Notes: a model not told the origin generated them from the letters alone. A stretch of DNA of 64,000 nt from Terriglobia bacterium (GCA_963666975.2 CAXVYR010000004.1:1856001-1920000); one strand, 5' to 3'. Shown: positions 48,375-59,224, counted from the stretch's first letter. Program-made: numbers and translations.

Positions 48375-49223
48375 ATGCCTCTCATCCAGGTTCTCGTTCT
48401 GGCCATCGTACAAGGCATCACGGAATTTCTGCCGATCAGCAGCACGGCGCACCTTATCCTGTTTCCCTGGTTTCTCCATTGGGAAGACCCGGGCCTGACC
48501 TTCAACGTCGCCCTCCATGTGGGCACCCTGCTGGCCGTGCTGGTGTATTTCCACAAGACGTGGATCGATCTGTTGCTCGAGGGATTTGGTAAGAAGCCTC
48601 TGTTTGCCGGAGCCCACTCCCCTTCGGCAAACGCCCTGCCAACGGGGGAGAATCACAGCCGGGCGTTGTTTTGGTATCTGGTGGCCGCCACCATTCCTGC
48701 GGCGGTTGCCGGCTGGGTTTTTCATGACCAAGTCGCCACCACCTTGCGTCACCCTGTGGTGATCGGCTGCGCTTTGGTTTTGGTGGCTGCGGTGATGGCC
48801 CTGGGAGAAAAGATGGGCAGTCAACAAAAGAGCCTCCGCTCCGCAGGCTTGCGCGACTCTCTCTGGATCGGGTTCTCGCAAGCTCTGGCTCTGGTTCCAG
48901 GGGTTTCCCGCTCCGGCATCACCATGACCGCCGGTATGTTTCGAGGTTTGCGCCGGGAGGACACGGCCCGTTTTTCCTTTTTGCTCTCGACCCCTATCAT
49001 GGCAGGGGCCGCTTTGAACGAGTTCCTGGGGATTCGCGACCACGGCATCCCGCCGGAAATGCGGCTGCCCTTCCTGCTGGGAATTGCTGTTTCCGCCTTG
49101 GTTGGATACGCCGTGATTGCGTTCTTTCTTCGGTTCCTGGCGTTGGGGACCTTTAAGATTTTTATTTACTACCGCGTAATATTTGGGATAATAGTACTGA
49201 CTCTGGCGTTTTTCTTTCCATAG
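48375..49223 (+). CDS. uppP: Undecaprenyl-diphosphate phosphatase
   Basis: QGITEFLPISSTAH, LHVGT, QALALVPGVSRSGIT, ARFSFLLS. Confidence 0.96.
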   Translation: MPLIQVLVLAIVQGITEFLPISSTAHLILFPWFLHWEDPGLTFNVALHVGTLLAVLVYFHKTWIDLLLEGFGKKPLFAGAHSPSANALPTGENHSRALFWYLVAATIPAAVAGWVFHDQVATTLRHPVVIGCALVLVAAVMALGEKMGSQQKSLRSAGLRDSLWIGFSQALALVPGVSRSGITMTAGMFRGLRREDTARFSFLLSTPIMAGAALNEFLGIRDHGIPPEMRLPFLLGIAVSALVGYAVIAFFLRFLALGTFKIFIYYRVIFGIIVLTLAFFFP

Positions 49224-49381
49224 GGAGTAGTCTTAAAAACAGAGGGGATTGTTGTCTCCCTTCGATCCGGCCCCTGCGCTATCTCCCGGCGGCCTGCTTT
49301 CTCTCCAATAAATTGAAAATAATGGCTTTGCAGTTTTCCGGACGGCCTGGAATACCGCAGGCTGGGGGCAAAGAGTAACTT

Positions 49382-51673
49382 ATGAATCCGCTTATACCGA
49401 CTGCCAACCGCCGCTTGAACGAGCTGGTGGGCCTGCTGTGGATGACCCTGGCGCTTTTATTGCTTCTGAGCCTGGCATCCTATTCTCCCACCGACGCTTC
49501 TTTCAACGTTGCCTCCAATGTTTCCTCCGGGTCCTCTGCGGTGCACAACCTGGTAGGCACGATAGGCTCCTATACCGCCGACCTGATGTATCAGTTTTTT
49601 GGGGCGGCTTCGTTCCTGTTTCCTCTTTTGTTTGCCGGGCTCGGCTGGCGCTGGTTCCGCAGCCGGTCGATTGGCTCTCCCAGGGCAAAATGCGTGGGGG
49701 CGGTGCTGCTGATCCTTACGCTCGCCTCGGCGCTGGCACTCTTCCCGTATCTCTTGCGCTTGTTCCTGGGCTTTTCTGCCGGTGGCACAGTAGGAATCTT
49801 GCTGGGGGAGAGCCTGCTCAGTTGGCTCAACGGACCGGGCAGCGCAATTTTTCTGGCAGCGGTTTTCACAGTTTCTATATACATTCTCACCACCTTTTCC
49901 GTGGCCCGCACTACCTTCTGGCTACAGGCTCATTTCGGATGGCTGGGCGGCATTTCCAGACGCTGGGCGGCATGGAAACAGGCCCGCATGGAACGCAAAC
50001 AGCTCAAGAAAGCGATGCAGGCTGAAAAACCGCCTGCGCTGGCAAAACGCCTTGCAGCAGCGCTGCGTCCAGCCAAAGCCCCAGCTAAAGCCGGAGAGGA
50101 ACCTGCACGGCTGCCGGCGGGAAAACCGGAAGCGATCCCAGTCAGCCATGTAGAGAGAATCTCAGCGCAGTCAAACGGAAAGAATGGTGGCGCTGTTCGC
50201 ATCTCTCGAACTTATAAACTGCCGGGCACCGGCCTGCTGGACCTTCCTTCCGAATCCCAGGCCCAGGATGAGAAGGACCTCAAGCGTCAAGCTCTGCACC
50301 TGACCATGAAGTGCGAGGAATTTGACGTTCGCGGAGCGGTCACCCAGATCAACCCCGGCCCGGTGGTCACCACCTTTGAGTTCAAGCCGGAAGCCGGGGT
50401 CAAATACAACCGCATCACCAATCTGGTGGAGGACCTATGTCTGGCCATGGAAGCCGAATCCATCCTGATTGAGCGAATCCCGGGCAAGTCCACCGTGGGA
50501 ATTGAGGTGCCCAACCCGCAGCGGGAAATCATCACGCTGCGGGAGATCCTGGAGTCGGAGCCATTCAGCAGTTCCCGCTCGCCCCTCACCGTGGCCCTGG
50601 GCAAGGAGATCAACGGTCGCATCCGCGTGGCGGACCTGGCCTCCATGCCGCATCTGCTCATCGCCGGTTCCACAGGGTCCGGGAAGAGCGTTTCCATCAA
50701 CAACCTGATCGTTTCCCTCCTCTACAGAGCCGCGCCCGACGAGGTCAAATTAATCCTGGTCGACCCCAAACGCCTGGAGCTGGGGCTGTATGAGGGAGTG
50801 CCCCATCTGATGACTCCCATCATTACTGAACCCAAAGTGGCCGCCAACGCCCTGCGCAACGCCGTGCGGGAGATGGAGCGGCGGCTGAAGGTCCTGGCCG
50901 AGGAAGGGGTCCGGAACATCCAGCAGTACAACAAGCTCTTTGAGCGGGAGGAAACCCTCAGCCTGTTTGAGACAGGAGAACAGAAGCGGCGGCTTCCCTA
51001 CATTGTGATCATCATCGATGAGCTGGCCGATCTGATGATGGTCGACTCCAACAAAGTGGAAGTCTCCATCACCCGCCTGGCTCAGATGGCACGGGCCGTG
51101 GGGATTCATCTGGTTTTAGCCACACAGCGGCCCAGCGTGGATGTGATCACCGGCCTGATCAAGGCAAACTTCCCCGCCCGTATCTCATTTCGCGTGGCCA
51201 CCAAAGTGGACTCTCGAACCATCCTGGACTCGAACGGCGCCGAGGCCCTGCTTGGCAAAGGGGACATGCTATTGCTGCCCCCTGGCTCGGGACGCTTGGT
51301 GCGGATCCATGGCCCGCTGATCACGGAGCCGGAGATCGCCCAAGTCGTCGATTTCTGGCGCGCACAGGCCCAGCCCTCCTACGTGGAAGAGTTCTTGAAA
51401 CCTCCCACTTTTGAGGAAGACGGTGAAGAGGAGGGGGGCGAGGGAAAAGACGATCTCTATGAAGACGCCGTCCGGGTAGTGGTGGGGATGGGTAAAGCCT
51501 CGACCTCCACCCTGCAGCGCAGGCTCCGCCTGGGGTATGGGCGCGCCGCCCGTATTTTGGACATCATGGAGAAAGACGGTATCATTGGACCTGCCGACGG
51601 CAGCAGACCCCGCGAGCTGCTGAAACGCCCCGACTGGATCGAAGAAATGGAGCAATACCAGAGCGACTCATAA
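49382..51673 (+). CDS. ftsK: DNA translocase FtsK
   Basis: 4-TM N-terminus, MPHLLIAGSTGSGKS, IDELADLM, ATQRPSVDVITG, gamma domain LQRRLRLGYGRAAR. Confidence 0.97.
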   Translation: MNPLIPTANRRLNELVGLLWMTLALLLLLSLASYSPTDASFNVASNVSSGSSAVHNLVGTIGSYTADLMYQFFGAASFLFPLLFAGLGWRWFRSRSIGSPRAKCVGAVLLILTLASALALFPYLLRLFLGFSAGGTVGILLGESLLSWLNGPGSAIFLAAVFTVSIYILTTFSVARTTFWLQAHFGWLGGISRRWAAWKQARMERKQLKKAMQAEKPPALAKRLAAALRPAKAPAKAGEEPARLPAGKPEAIPVSHVERISAQSNGKNGGAVRISRTYKLPGTGLLDLPSESQAQDEKDLKRQALHLTMKCEEFDVRGAVTQINPGPVVTTFEFKPEAGVKYNRITNLVEDLCLAMEAESILIERIPGKSTVGIEVPNPQREIITLREILESEPFSSSRSPLTVALGKEINGRIRVADLASMPHLLIAGSTGSGKSVSINNLIVSLLYRAAPDEVKLILVDPKRLELGLYEGVPHLMTPIITEPKVAANALRNAVREMERRLKVLAEEGVRNIQQYNKLFEREETLSLFETGEQKRRLPYIVIIIDELADLMMVDSNKVEVSITRLAQMARAVGIHLVLATQRPSVDVITGLIKANFPARISFRVATKVDSRTILDSNGAEALLGKGDMLLLPPGSGRLVRIHGPLITEPEIAQVVDFWRAQAQPSYVEEFLKPPTFEEDGEEEGGEGKDDLYEDAVRVVVGMGKASTSTLQRRLRLGYGRAARILDIMEKDGIIGPADGSRPRELLKRPDWIEEMEQYQSDS

Positions 51674-51720
51674 AGAAGCTCCTCTGCTTTCAGGCGTGTT
51701 CCGCCACACGGCAAGGCTCG

Positions 51721-52620
51721 ATGTTCAAGATACCTTTCACCAAGGCACAAGGGGCCGGAAACGACTTCCTGATTGTGGAAGACACCCCGGAAACCGAGCT
51801 TCCCTCAGCGGCATGGAGGCGGCGAATTTGCGACCGCCACTACGGGGTAGGAGCCGACGGGCTTCTGTGGCTGTCGGTCCCCGGCACCAAAGCGGGGGCG
51901 GATGCGGACCTGAGAATTTTCAACAGCGACGGAGGCGAGGCGGAAGTCTCCGGGAATGGCACCCGTTGCGCCGCCGCCTTTCTCGTCGAGACAGGCCGCT
52001 GCAAAAAACAGTTGGCGATCCACACCGGCGCGGGCCTCAAAAAGCTGACCTTGATCCACCGGAATGAAAACCATTTCGTCTTTGAGATGGCTATGGGCGC
52101 TCCCATCCTGGCAGCCGCTTCGATTCCCTTTCAGCCTCATCCTCCGGCGTCCGTCGCGGAGCCTATCGTAGGATTCCAGTTGCCCTTGCCGTCGGGGCCG
52201 CAAGCGGTGACGGTGACATCCATGGGCAACCCCCACTGCTCGGTCCCGGTGAAGCATTTCGATTGGGACTGGGAAGCGCTCGGCGCCGAGATGGAAGGGC
52301 ACTCTTTTTTCCCCCGCCGCACCAATGTAGAGTTTTACCGCGTGCATTCCCGGCATGAAATTGAGGTCCGCTACTGGGAGCGCGGTGTGGGGCCGACTTT
52401 TTCCTCCGGCACCGGCTCTTGCGCCGCTGCGGCAGCGGCCATTCTCGGACGTCAGGCCGAAAGTCCCGTAACGGTGAAAACGGTGGCGGGAGACCTCCAA
52501 GTACGGTGGGAAAAGGACGGAATCTACTTAACAGGTCCCGCTGAGATCGTTTGCCGGGGAGAGTTCCTTTGCGGGAGAGAGCACTCCGGCGTGCCTGCGG
52601 CAACGCAAACCGTCAGGTGA
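51721..52620 (+). CDS. dapF: Diaminopimelate epimerase
   Basis: FTKAQGAGNDF, GVGADG, NSDG.EAEVSGNGTRC, SMGNPH, WERGVGPTFSSGTGSCA. Confidence 0.93.
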   Translation: MFKIPFTKAQGAGNDFLIVEDTPETELPSAAWRRRICDRHYGVGADGLLWLSVPGTKAGADADLRIFNSDGGEAEVSGNGTRCAAAFLVETGRCKKQLAIHTGAGLKKLTLIHRNENHFVFEMAMGAPILAAASIPFQPHPPASVAEPIVGFQLPLPSGPQAVTVTSMGNPHCSVPVKHFDWDWEALGAEMEGHSFFPRRTNVEFYRVHSRHEIEVRYWERGVGPTFSSGTGSCAAAAAAILGRQAESPVTVKTVAGDLQVRWEKDGIYLTGPAEIVCRGEFLCGREHSGVPAATQTVR

Positions 52621-52630
52621 GGGAGGCTCC

Positions 52631-53596
52631 TTACTCAGAGGGGACATCGGCCAGCGGCACAGCCGGACCGTCAAAAAATAACTTGGTAAACTGCTCCAGC
52701 CGCTGAATCTCGCTCCGGCTGTGACGCAATGCGGCTATGTACGGAATGAACAGGAATGGGATGAGGCCCAGGCTGAGGGCGATGTTTTTTATTCGGGCTA
52801 CGAGAGAAAAATCTCCGGAGCGCCATTGCAGAATGTAGGGATAGTAGCCCAGGACGACGCCGTAGATGTCGCCCGCCAACTGCAATTGATTGCAATGCTG
52901 GCCCGTGACAAAGCTCCGTCCGGCGCGGATATCCGCCAGGAACTCCTGTTTATTGGTGGCCGGAGAGGCGGTGTAGGTGCGGCCGATGCGCCGCAGGGTG
53001 TGGGAGTCGCTTCCCCCAATGCGCCCGAGCTTTTTTCCCTGGCTCTCCATCTGCCGCAGCAGCCGGGAAATGAACTGATTATGTATCCGCTGCATCGACC
53101 CGTTCTGTTCCTCGAAATTATCGAACAGGTTGAACATCAGCGTAATATAGTCCACTAGCTTGTCGTCGCGGGTAAAGTCGTGGAACAGATGGTTCAAAGC
53201 GTACAGGATGTTCTGGGCGCGCAGGTAGCCGACCAACTCCACCAAATTCCCGCGCAAGGGCTGAATCTCCTTGTGCTGGGCTTCGGTGATGTCATAGACG
53301 CCCACGTGAACGTTGTGGCGCAGCTCGGGCACGTAGGCAGTCACTTCCTCGCCGATGATGATGTCGTCTCCGGGCAGCTGATCGAGCAACTCCAGGCACC
53401 CGTCGATGGAGTCATGGTCGGTAATCGTGACCAGGTTCATTCCCCGGGCGCGCGCCCGGCGATAGACCGCCAGCGGCTTGGAGTAGCTGTCCAGGCACCG
53501 CAGGGTTCGCAGATGCTTGGCTGTCCCGGAGTGCCGCGAGTGCACGTGCAGGTCGGCCCGAAAAAGGGGTGCGCTTGTTGACTGGTTTTCCGCCAC
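52631..53596 (-). CDS. PHP-domain metal-dependent phosphoesterase
   Basis: ADLHVHSRHS, TITDHDSIDG, GEEVT, GGSDSH. Confidence 0.88.
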   Translation of the reverse strand: MAENQSTSAPLFRADLHVHSRHSGTAKHLRTLRCLDSYSKPLAVYRRARARGMNLVTITDHDSIDGCLELLDQLPGDDIIIGEEVTAYVPELRHNVHVGVYDITEAQHKEIQPLRGNLVELVGYLRAQNILYALNHLFHDFTRDDKLVDYITLMFNLFDNFEEQNGSMQRIHNQFISRLLRQMESQGKKLGRIGGSDSHTLRRIGRTYTASPATNKQEFLADIRAGRSFVTGQHCNQLQLAGDIYGVVLGYYPYILQWRSGDFSLVARIKNIALSLGLIPFLFIPYIAALRHSRSEIQRLEQFTKLFFDGPAVPLADVPSE

Positions 53597-53714
53597 AACA
53601 ATTCCTCCATACTGATTTGCCTTATGTTAGGCAGGCGCAGGCTTCGATGGCAAGCTTTTTCCGGCGGCTGCAAACGCTGCCGTTTGTTAGAAACTGCTTG
53701 ACTCACGGCTCAAC

Positions 53715-54692
53715 ATGAAGCTTCTTCGCAAACCTCCCGCTCTGCAAAAAGGCGACACCGTCGGCATCCTTGCCCCGGCCAGCCCCGTCCGGCGGGAAAT
53801 GCTCGAACGAGGAACACGGGAACTGGAGCGGATCGGCTACCGCGTTGCATTCGGGAAGGGGATTCTCGACCGCCGGGGATTTTTCGCCGGACAGCATCGC
53901 CAACGCGCCGAAGGCTTCCTGGCACTGCTCGAAAACCCGCGCGTCAAAGCCGTTTTCTGCGCGCGCGGCGGGTACGGCTCAAACTACGTGGTGGAGTTTT
54001 TATCGTCCCGGCCCGTCCTGCGCCGCTTGCAGCGCCATGCTCCCAAGATCGTGATGGGCTATAGTGACGTCACCAGCCTCCTGCTCTTGTTGACCCAGAA
54101 GCTCGGCTGGGTGACGTTCCAGGGACCGATGGCCGCCATCGACATGGCCGCAGGAAAATCCGCCTACGACCAAGCGGTTTTGGAACAGGTTCTTTCCGGC
54201 ACTCGCTCCGGTACTGTCCTGAAATCAGACGCTCGCAGCCTGCGGCTCGGCGTTGCCGAAGGCCGGCTGCTGGGCGGGTGTCTCCCGATGCTGACGGCAA
54301 CGCTGGGAACTCCGCAGGAGATCGACACCCGGGGAACGATCCTGCTGATAGAAGACATCGACGAAAAACCGTTTCGCGTGGATCGCATGCTGTTTCAGTT
54401 GCGACAAGCCGGAAAGTTCCGCCATCTCCGCGGCATTGTCTTCGGCCAGATGCCGGGATGCGGACCAGCCGCTCGCGGGAGGGCCGAATTGCGCGGAGTG
54501 ATCCTGGAAGCTTTGCGAGGCCTGCAAGTGCCCATCGTTTTTGGACTGCGGTTCGGCCACACCACAGGGAAATGCCTTACGCTGCCGCTGGGAACGCGGG
54601 TCCGCCTTTCAGCCGGGAAAACAGTAAGCCTCACCCTGCTGGAACCCGCCGTCGCTCCGCCACGCGGAGCAGGAAAGGGAAAAAGGCAGTGA
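53715..54692 (+). CDS. ldcA: LD-carboxypeptidase (peptidase S66)
   Basis: ARGGYG, GYSDVT, GGCL, IEDIDE, FGH. Confidence 0.92.
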   Translation: MKLLRKPPALQKGDTVGILAPASPVRREMLERGTRELERIGYRVAFGKGILDRRGFFAGQHRQRAEGFLALLENPRVKAVFCARGGYGSNYVVEFLSSRPVLRRLQRHAPKIVMGYSDVTSLLLLLTQKLGWVTFQGPMAAIDMAAGKSAYDQAVLEQVLSGTRSGTVLKSDARSLRLGVAEGRLLGGCLPMLTATLGTPQEIDTRGTILLIEDIDEKPFRVDRMLFQLRQAGKFRHLRGIVFGQMPGCGPAARGRAELRGVILEALRGLQVPIVFGLRFGHTTGKCLTLPLGTRVRLSAGKTVSLTLLEPAVAPPRGAGKGKRQ

Positions 54693-56125
54693 TTCCACCG
54701 GCGCCGGGAGCGCATGTCCATCTGATCGGCATCTGCGGCACAGGCATGGCGGCGCTGGCAGGATTGCTGCAAGAGACGGGGTTCCGTGTGACCGGCTCCG
54801 ACGCAGGCGCCTACCCGCCCATGGCTCCCATGCTGGCTGAAATGGGCATCCCGGTTCTTGAGGGCTACAGTGCCTCTCACCTGGACCCTCCGCCGGAGCT
54901 GGTGGTGATCGGCAACGCCATTTCGCGCGGGAACGAAGAGGTCGAGACGGTGCTCAACAACAAACTGGCCTACGCCTCCATGCCGGAGACGCTGCGCGAG
55001 CTGTTTCTCCGGGAGCGCGAGACGATTGTGGTGGCCGGAACGCACGGCAAGACCACGGTCACTTCGATCCTTTCGTGGATCTTTTATTCGGCAGGCGAAT
55101 CAGCAGGTGCCTCACCCGGCTTTTTGATCGGCGGCCTTCCGCTGAATTTCACACGGGGCTTCAGCCGGGGCAGCGGCCCTCACTTCATCCTGGAAGGGGA
55201 TGAATACGACACGGCTTTTTTTGACAAGGGGCCCAAGTTTCTGCACTACCGGCCGGATGCGGTCCTGCTGACATCGGTGGAATTCGACCATGCAGACATC
55301 TACCGCGACTTGGAGGCCGTCCAGACCGCCTTTGGAAGACTGCTCAATCTGGTCCCGCAGAAAGGTTTTATCGTCGCGCGGGCGGAGAGCGAAACCGTCG
55401 CCGAGTGCCTAGCGAGCGCTCATTGCCCGGTGGAAACCTTTGGATTCGGAGCAGGCGAATGGCAGGCTCACGAAATCCGTTGCGCGGGCGGGACAATGGA
55501 GTTCGCCGCGCGCTACAGGGGAAAGCCTATGGGGCGGCTGTCTACAAAACTATCCGGAGAGATCAATGTGCTGAACCTGCTCGCCGCAACCGCCCTGGCT
55601 TGGCGCTACGACATCACATGGAAAAAAATCAGCGCAGCCGTGGAGACCTTTCGCGGCGTGCGGAGGCGCATGGAATTGGTTGGAGAAGAAAACGGCGTGG
55701 CGGTGATCGATGACTTTGCGCACCACCCCACCGCCATTCGCGAGACGCTGCGCGCGGCGCGCGGACGTTTTCCGGGAAGGCGTTTGTGGGCGCTCGTCGA
55801 GCCCCGCTCGAACACGCTGCGGCGCAACGTCTTCGAGCAGCAACTGGCGGAGGCGCTGGCCGAAGCCGACCGCGTGGTTCTGGCAGAGGTCTACCGCAAG
55901 GAAAAGCTTCCCGAGCAGGAACGGCTGGAACCGGAGAGGATTGCGGAAGTTCTGCGCCGGCGGGAAATTCCGACGTCGGCTGGCGGCTCTCCCGGCGAGA
56001 TCGCGGAATCCATCCTTCCCGAATTGCAGCCGGGGGATGTGGTATTAGTCATGTCGAACGGAGCCTTCGGGGACATTCATCGAAAGCTGCTCCAAGGGCT
56101 GGCCATGAAAACATTGGCAACCTAG
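54689..56125 (+). CDS. mpl: Murein peptide ligase
   Basis: HLIGICGTGM, YPPM, GNAISRGN, AGTHGKTT, EGDEYDTAFFDK, DDFAHHPTAI, EPRSNT. GTG start overlaps the ldcA stop. Confidence 0.95.
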   Translation: MIPPAPGAHVHLIGICGTGMAALAGLLQETGFRVTGSDAGAYPPMAPMLAEMGIPVLEGYSASHLDPPPELVVIGNAISRGNEEVETVLNNKLAYASMPETLRELFLRERETIVVAGTHGKTTVTSILSWIFYSAGESAGASPGFLIGGLPLNFTRGFSRGSGPHFILEGDEYDTAFFDKGPKFLHYRPDAVLLTSVEFDHADIYRDLEAVQTAFGRLLNLVPQKGFIVARAESETVAECLASAHCPVETFGFGAGEWQAHEIRCAGGTMEFAARYRGKPMGRLSTKLSGEINVLNLLAATALAWRYDITWKKISAAVETFRGVRRRMELVGEENGVAVIDDFAHHPTAIRETLRAARGRFPGRRLWALVEPRSNTLRRNVFEQQLAEALAEADRVVLAEVYRKEKLPEQERLEPERIAEVLRRREIPTSAGGSPGEIAESILPELQPGDVVLVMSNGAFGDIHRKLLQGLAMKTLAT

Positions 56126-56179
56126 AGCGCCAGCAACTGATCCGAGCCGCGGCTCTGAGGGCGAGGCATCATTTCCCGA

Positions 56180-57865
56180 ATGAGAATTTTCTTCACCCCC
56201 ATTCTTTGTTCTCTGCTGGGTTCTCTACTGGCATTCATCCTGTTTTTTGCCGGGTTGGGAGCCGTGGGGCTTTTAGGTCCCGATGAGCCTCGCTACGCCG
56301 ACATTGCGCGGGGAATGCTTCGCTCCGGCGATTATGTTACGCCCCGCCTGTTTGGATCGGCATGGTTTGAGAAGCCGCCTCTTTATTACTGGCTGGCGGC
56401 GCTTGGCTTTCGCCTGGGAGTGAATGAGGTCACCGCCCGGTTGCCCTCCGCCGTTTTTGCCTGCGGGTTTCTGGGCCTTTGGTTCTGGTTCGCCCGCAGA
56501 CGATTCGGCAAACGCGCGGCGACGCTCGCTTGCATCCTGCTGGCCTCAACGACCGGCTGGATCGGCTTTTCGCGCGCGGCTTCGATGGACATGCTGCTGT
56601 CCTCCACCTTGGGCGCAGCCCTTGTGTTTCTCGCTCTCTGGTTCTGGGAAAAGAAGCCGCTCCTGCTATACGGCTTCTGCGCCTCGCTGGGCGTGGCGAC
56701 CCTGGCCAAGGGGCCGCTAGCGGTGGCGCTGGCAGGGTTGGTGGCGCTGGCATACGTGGCAACCGTTGGAGAATGGCAACCACTGAAAAGGCTCCTGTGG
56801 AACCCGGCCTTGCTGGTGTATTTCGGAGTCGCTGCGCCCTGGTATCTGCTGTGCTTCCAGCAAAACGGCTACGGCTTTATCGAGGAATTTTTCCTCCGGC
56901 ACAACTTGCAGCGGTTTACTTCCGCAGCGATCGGCCATCCGCAGCCGTTCTGGTTCTATGTTCCCGTTCTGGCGGCGGGGATTTTCCCCTGGACGCCTTT
57001 GCTGCTCCTGCCGTTGCTGGAAATCGTCCGAAAAGGCCTGCGATCTGTTCTGGCCAACCGGCAGACGGCGTTCCTGTTTTATTGGGTGGCGCTTCCGTTT
57101 GCTTTCTTCTCCATTTCTCGAAACAAACTCCCCGGCTATTTGCTGCCCGTTCTCCCTCCCCTGACCCTGTGGATCGCTCACATTGTGGATAAGAACTGGC
57201 CGGGGCAAGCGGCGGAACCGGCAGACGAAATTCTTTCCGAAAATCCCCGGCAAGACTCTCTCATGGAACAACTCACGCCTTGGCTGGTGGGCCTATCTTC
57301 ATTGCTTCTGCTGGCCATTCCGGTCTTATGTCTGCTTTTGCCGGGATCGCTGGCGGGAGGACTCCGCCAGGCGCTTGCGACCTCGAGCCTGGATCATCTT
57401 GGGGCTGAAATTTGGGAGGGGAGCACACCGTTTCCTGTGTGGCTGATGCTGGTTGGGCTCATCCTGGCGAGTTTTTACCTGCTGCTGCGGCGGCAACTGC
57501 TTGGAGCCGTCTTCGTGGTGCTGCTGGGCGTTGGGCTGGGCACTTTTATCATCGTTGAATATCTCTCGCCTGCCATCAATCGTGCGGCATCCGTGCGGAC
57601 GGTCGCCCAACGCTTGCGGTCACGCGGCATACGCGGCTCAGACCTCGCCGTTTACCGCATCCACCGGAACCACTCCTTAGGGCTCAGCTTTTATATGGAG
57701 CAGGCGCTGCCGGAATGGTCCCCCGAGGGAGGAACGGCAGCGGCCTCGTTCGTGATCGCCCGCCAAGAAGAGCAGCTACCGGAAGGACGCTCTTTGATCC
57801 TTTTCCCCGGCCCCCGGTTGCGCCTCTGGGTTTTGCCAGAGACGCCTCGCCTCGAAAGCCGCTGA
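56180..57865 (+). CDS. ArnT-like GT39/PMT-family glycosyltransferase
   Basis: DEPRYA.IAR.M, FEKPPLYYW, LAKGP, KLPGYLLP, multiple TM segments. Confidence 0.9.
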   Translation: MRIFFTPILCSLLGSLLAFILFFAGLGAVGLLGPDEPRYADIARGMLRSGDYVTPRLFGSAWFEKPPLYYWLAALGFRLGVNEVTARLPSAVFACGFLGLWFWFARRRFGKRAATLACILLASTTGWIGFSRAASMDMLLSSTLGAALVFLALWFWEKKPLLLYGFCASLGVATLAKGPLAVALAGLVALAYVATVGEWQPLKRLLWNPALLVYFGVAAPWYLLCFQQNGYGFIEEFFLRHNLQRFTSAAIGHPQPFWFYVPVLAAGIFPWTPLLLLPLLEIVRKGLRSVLANRQTAFLFYWVALPFAFFSISRNKLPGYLLPVLPPLTLWIAHIVDKNWPGQAAEPADEILSENPRQDSLMEQLTPWLVGLSSLLLLAIPVLCLLLPGSLAGGLRQALATSSLDHLGAEIWEGSTPFPVWLMLVGLILASFYLLLRRQLLGAVFVVLLGVGLGTFIIVEYLSPAINRAASVRTVAQRLRSRGIRGSDLAVYRIHRNHSLGLSFYMEQALPEWSPEGGTAAASFVIARQEEQLPEGRSLILFPGPRLRLWVLPETPRLESR

Positions 57866-57928
57866 ACCCTGTTGCAGCACGGGGTTTCAGCACGGGATGA
57901 ACACGCGCCGCAGCTTTGCGGCATATGG

Positions 57929-59224
57929 CTAACGGGACGAGCTCAGGGACTGGGTCGCGCTCACGCGCCAGATTTTCTTGCCGCCGTCATCGGCCACCAG
58001 CAGCGACCCGTCCGCCATCACGGCGACGCCTACCGGCCGGCCGTAAACTTCCGAGGCCGCCTCATTCGAGATGAAGCCGGTGAGGAAATCCTGCATCGGG
58101 CCGCTCGGCTGCCCGTTCTCAAAGGGAATGAACGTCACCTTGTAGCCGACAAACTCGGACCGGTTCCACGATCCATGCAGGCCGACAAAAGCGCCGCCGT
58201 GGTATTGCTCGGGAAACGACGACCCTTCGTAAAAGACCAGCCCCAGCGGCGCCCTGTGGGATCCCAGCGCAAAGTCCGGCGGGATGGCCATAGCCACCAG
58301 ATCGGGCCGCTCGCCTTTCTTGCGCGGTTCTTCATTCTGCCCAAAGTAGGAGTAGGGCCAGCCATAGAAGGAACCGTCCCGCACGCTGGTCAGGTAGTCC
58401 GGCACCAACTGGTCCCCCAGACGGTCCCGCTCGTTCACCACCGTCCACAGCGCGTTCGTCACAGGCTCCCAATCGAGCCCCACCGGGTTGCGGAGGCCGC
58501 TGGCAAAGACGCGCATATCGCTCCCGTCCAAGTTCATCTCCAGAATGGCGGCGCGCCGCGGGTCCTTGGCGTCTTCCCCATCCTCGTCTACGTTGGATCG
58601 AGAGCCGACCGAAATAAACAATTTTGTCCCGTCCGCGTTCGCCACGACGTTGCGCGTATAGTGCCCCCCTGCCGGAAGGTTCAGTATTTTCTCTCCCTTC
58701 GCCGTGATCCGCCTCTGGCCCGGCTGGTAAGGGAAGCGCACAAGCCCGTCCGTGTTGCCTACGTAGAACGTGTCGCCGACCAACTGCATGCCGAACGGCA
58801 TATTCAGGTTCGATACGAAAGTGTCGCGGACCTCGGGACTGCCATCCTGATCGGCATCGCGAAGCAGGGTGATCCGGTTCTTGGATACGCGTCCCGGTGC
58901 GAGCCGCTCCCGGATGGATTCGGCCACCAGCACGTCGCCATTCGGAAGCACATACAACTGGCGCGGATTCTCCAGATCCTCTGCGAAGACGTTTACCTCA
59001 AAACCGGGCAGGGCGGCGGGCATATGCCCCTCCGGCCAGCCGACCACAACGGAACGCTTGCGGACCGATTCCGTGGCAAAGGGCTCAGGCAGGACAAGGC
59101 CCACCGACGGTCCCGCTTCCACCACTGCATTAGCTCCGGAACTGTCACTGGTCTGCGAAGCTGAGTTGCAGGCCACCGCCAGGCAGGCGGCAAGGCTGGC
59201 GAAGAAAGCAAAACGGAATGTCAT
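57929..59224 (-). CDS. PQQ-dependent sugar/sorbosone dehydrogenase family lipoprotein
   Basis: Lipobox AVAC, FASGLRNPVGL, VNERD.LGD..PDY, FYGWPY, HGSWNR, GRPVGV. Confidence 0.9.
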   Translation of the reverse strand: MTFRFAFFASLAACLAVACNSASQTSDSSGANAVVEAGPSVGLVLPEPFATESVRKRSVVVGWPEGHMPAALPGFEVNVFAEDLENPRQLYVLPNGDVLVAESIRERLAPGRVSKNRITLLRDADQDGSPEVRDTFVSNLNMPFGMQLVGDTFYVGNTDGLVRFPYQPGQRRITAKGEKILNLPAGGHYTRNVVANADGTKLFISVGSRSNVDEDGEDAKDPRRAAILEMNLDGSDMRVFASGLRNPVGLDWEPVTNALWTVVNERDRLGDQLVPDYLTSVRDGSFYGWPYSYFGQNEEPRKKGERPDLVAMAIPPDFALGSHRAPLGLVFYEGSSFPEQYHGGAFVGLHGSWNRSEFVGYKVTFIPFENGQPSGPMQDFLTGFISNEAASEVYGRPVGVAVMADGSLLVADDGGKKIWRVSATQSLSSSR

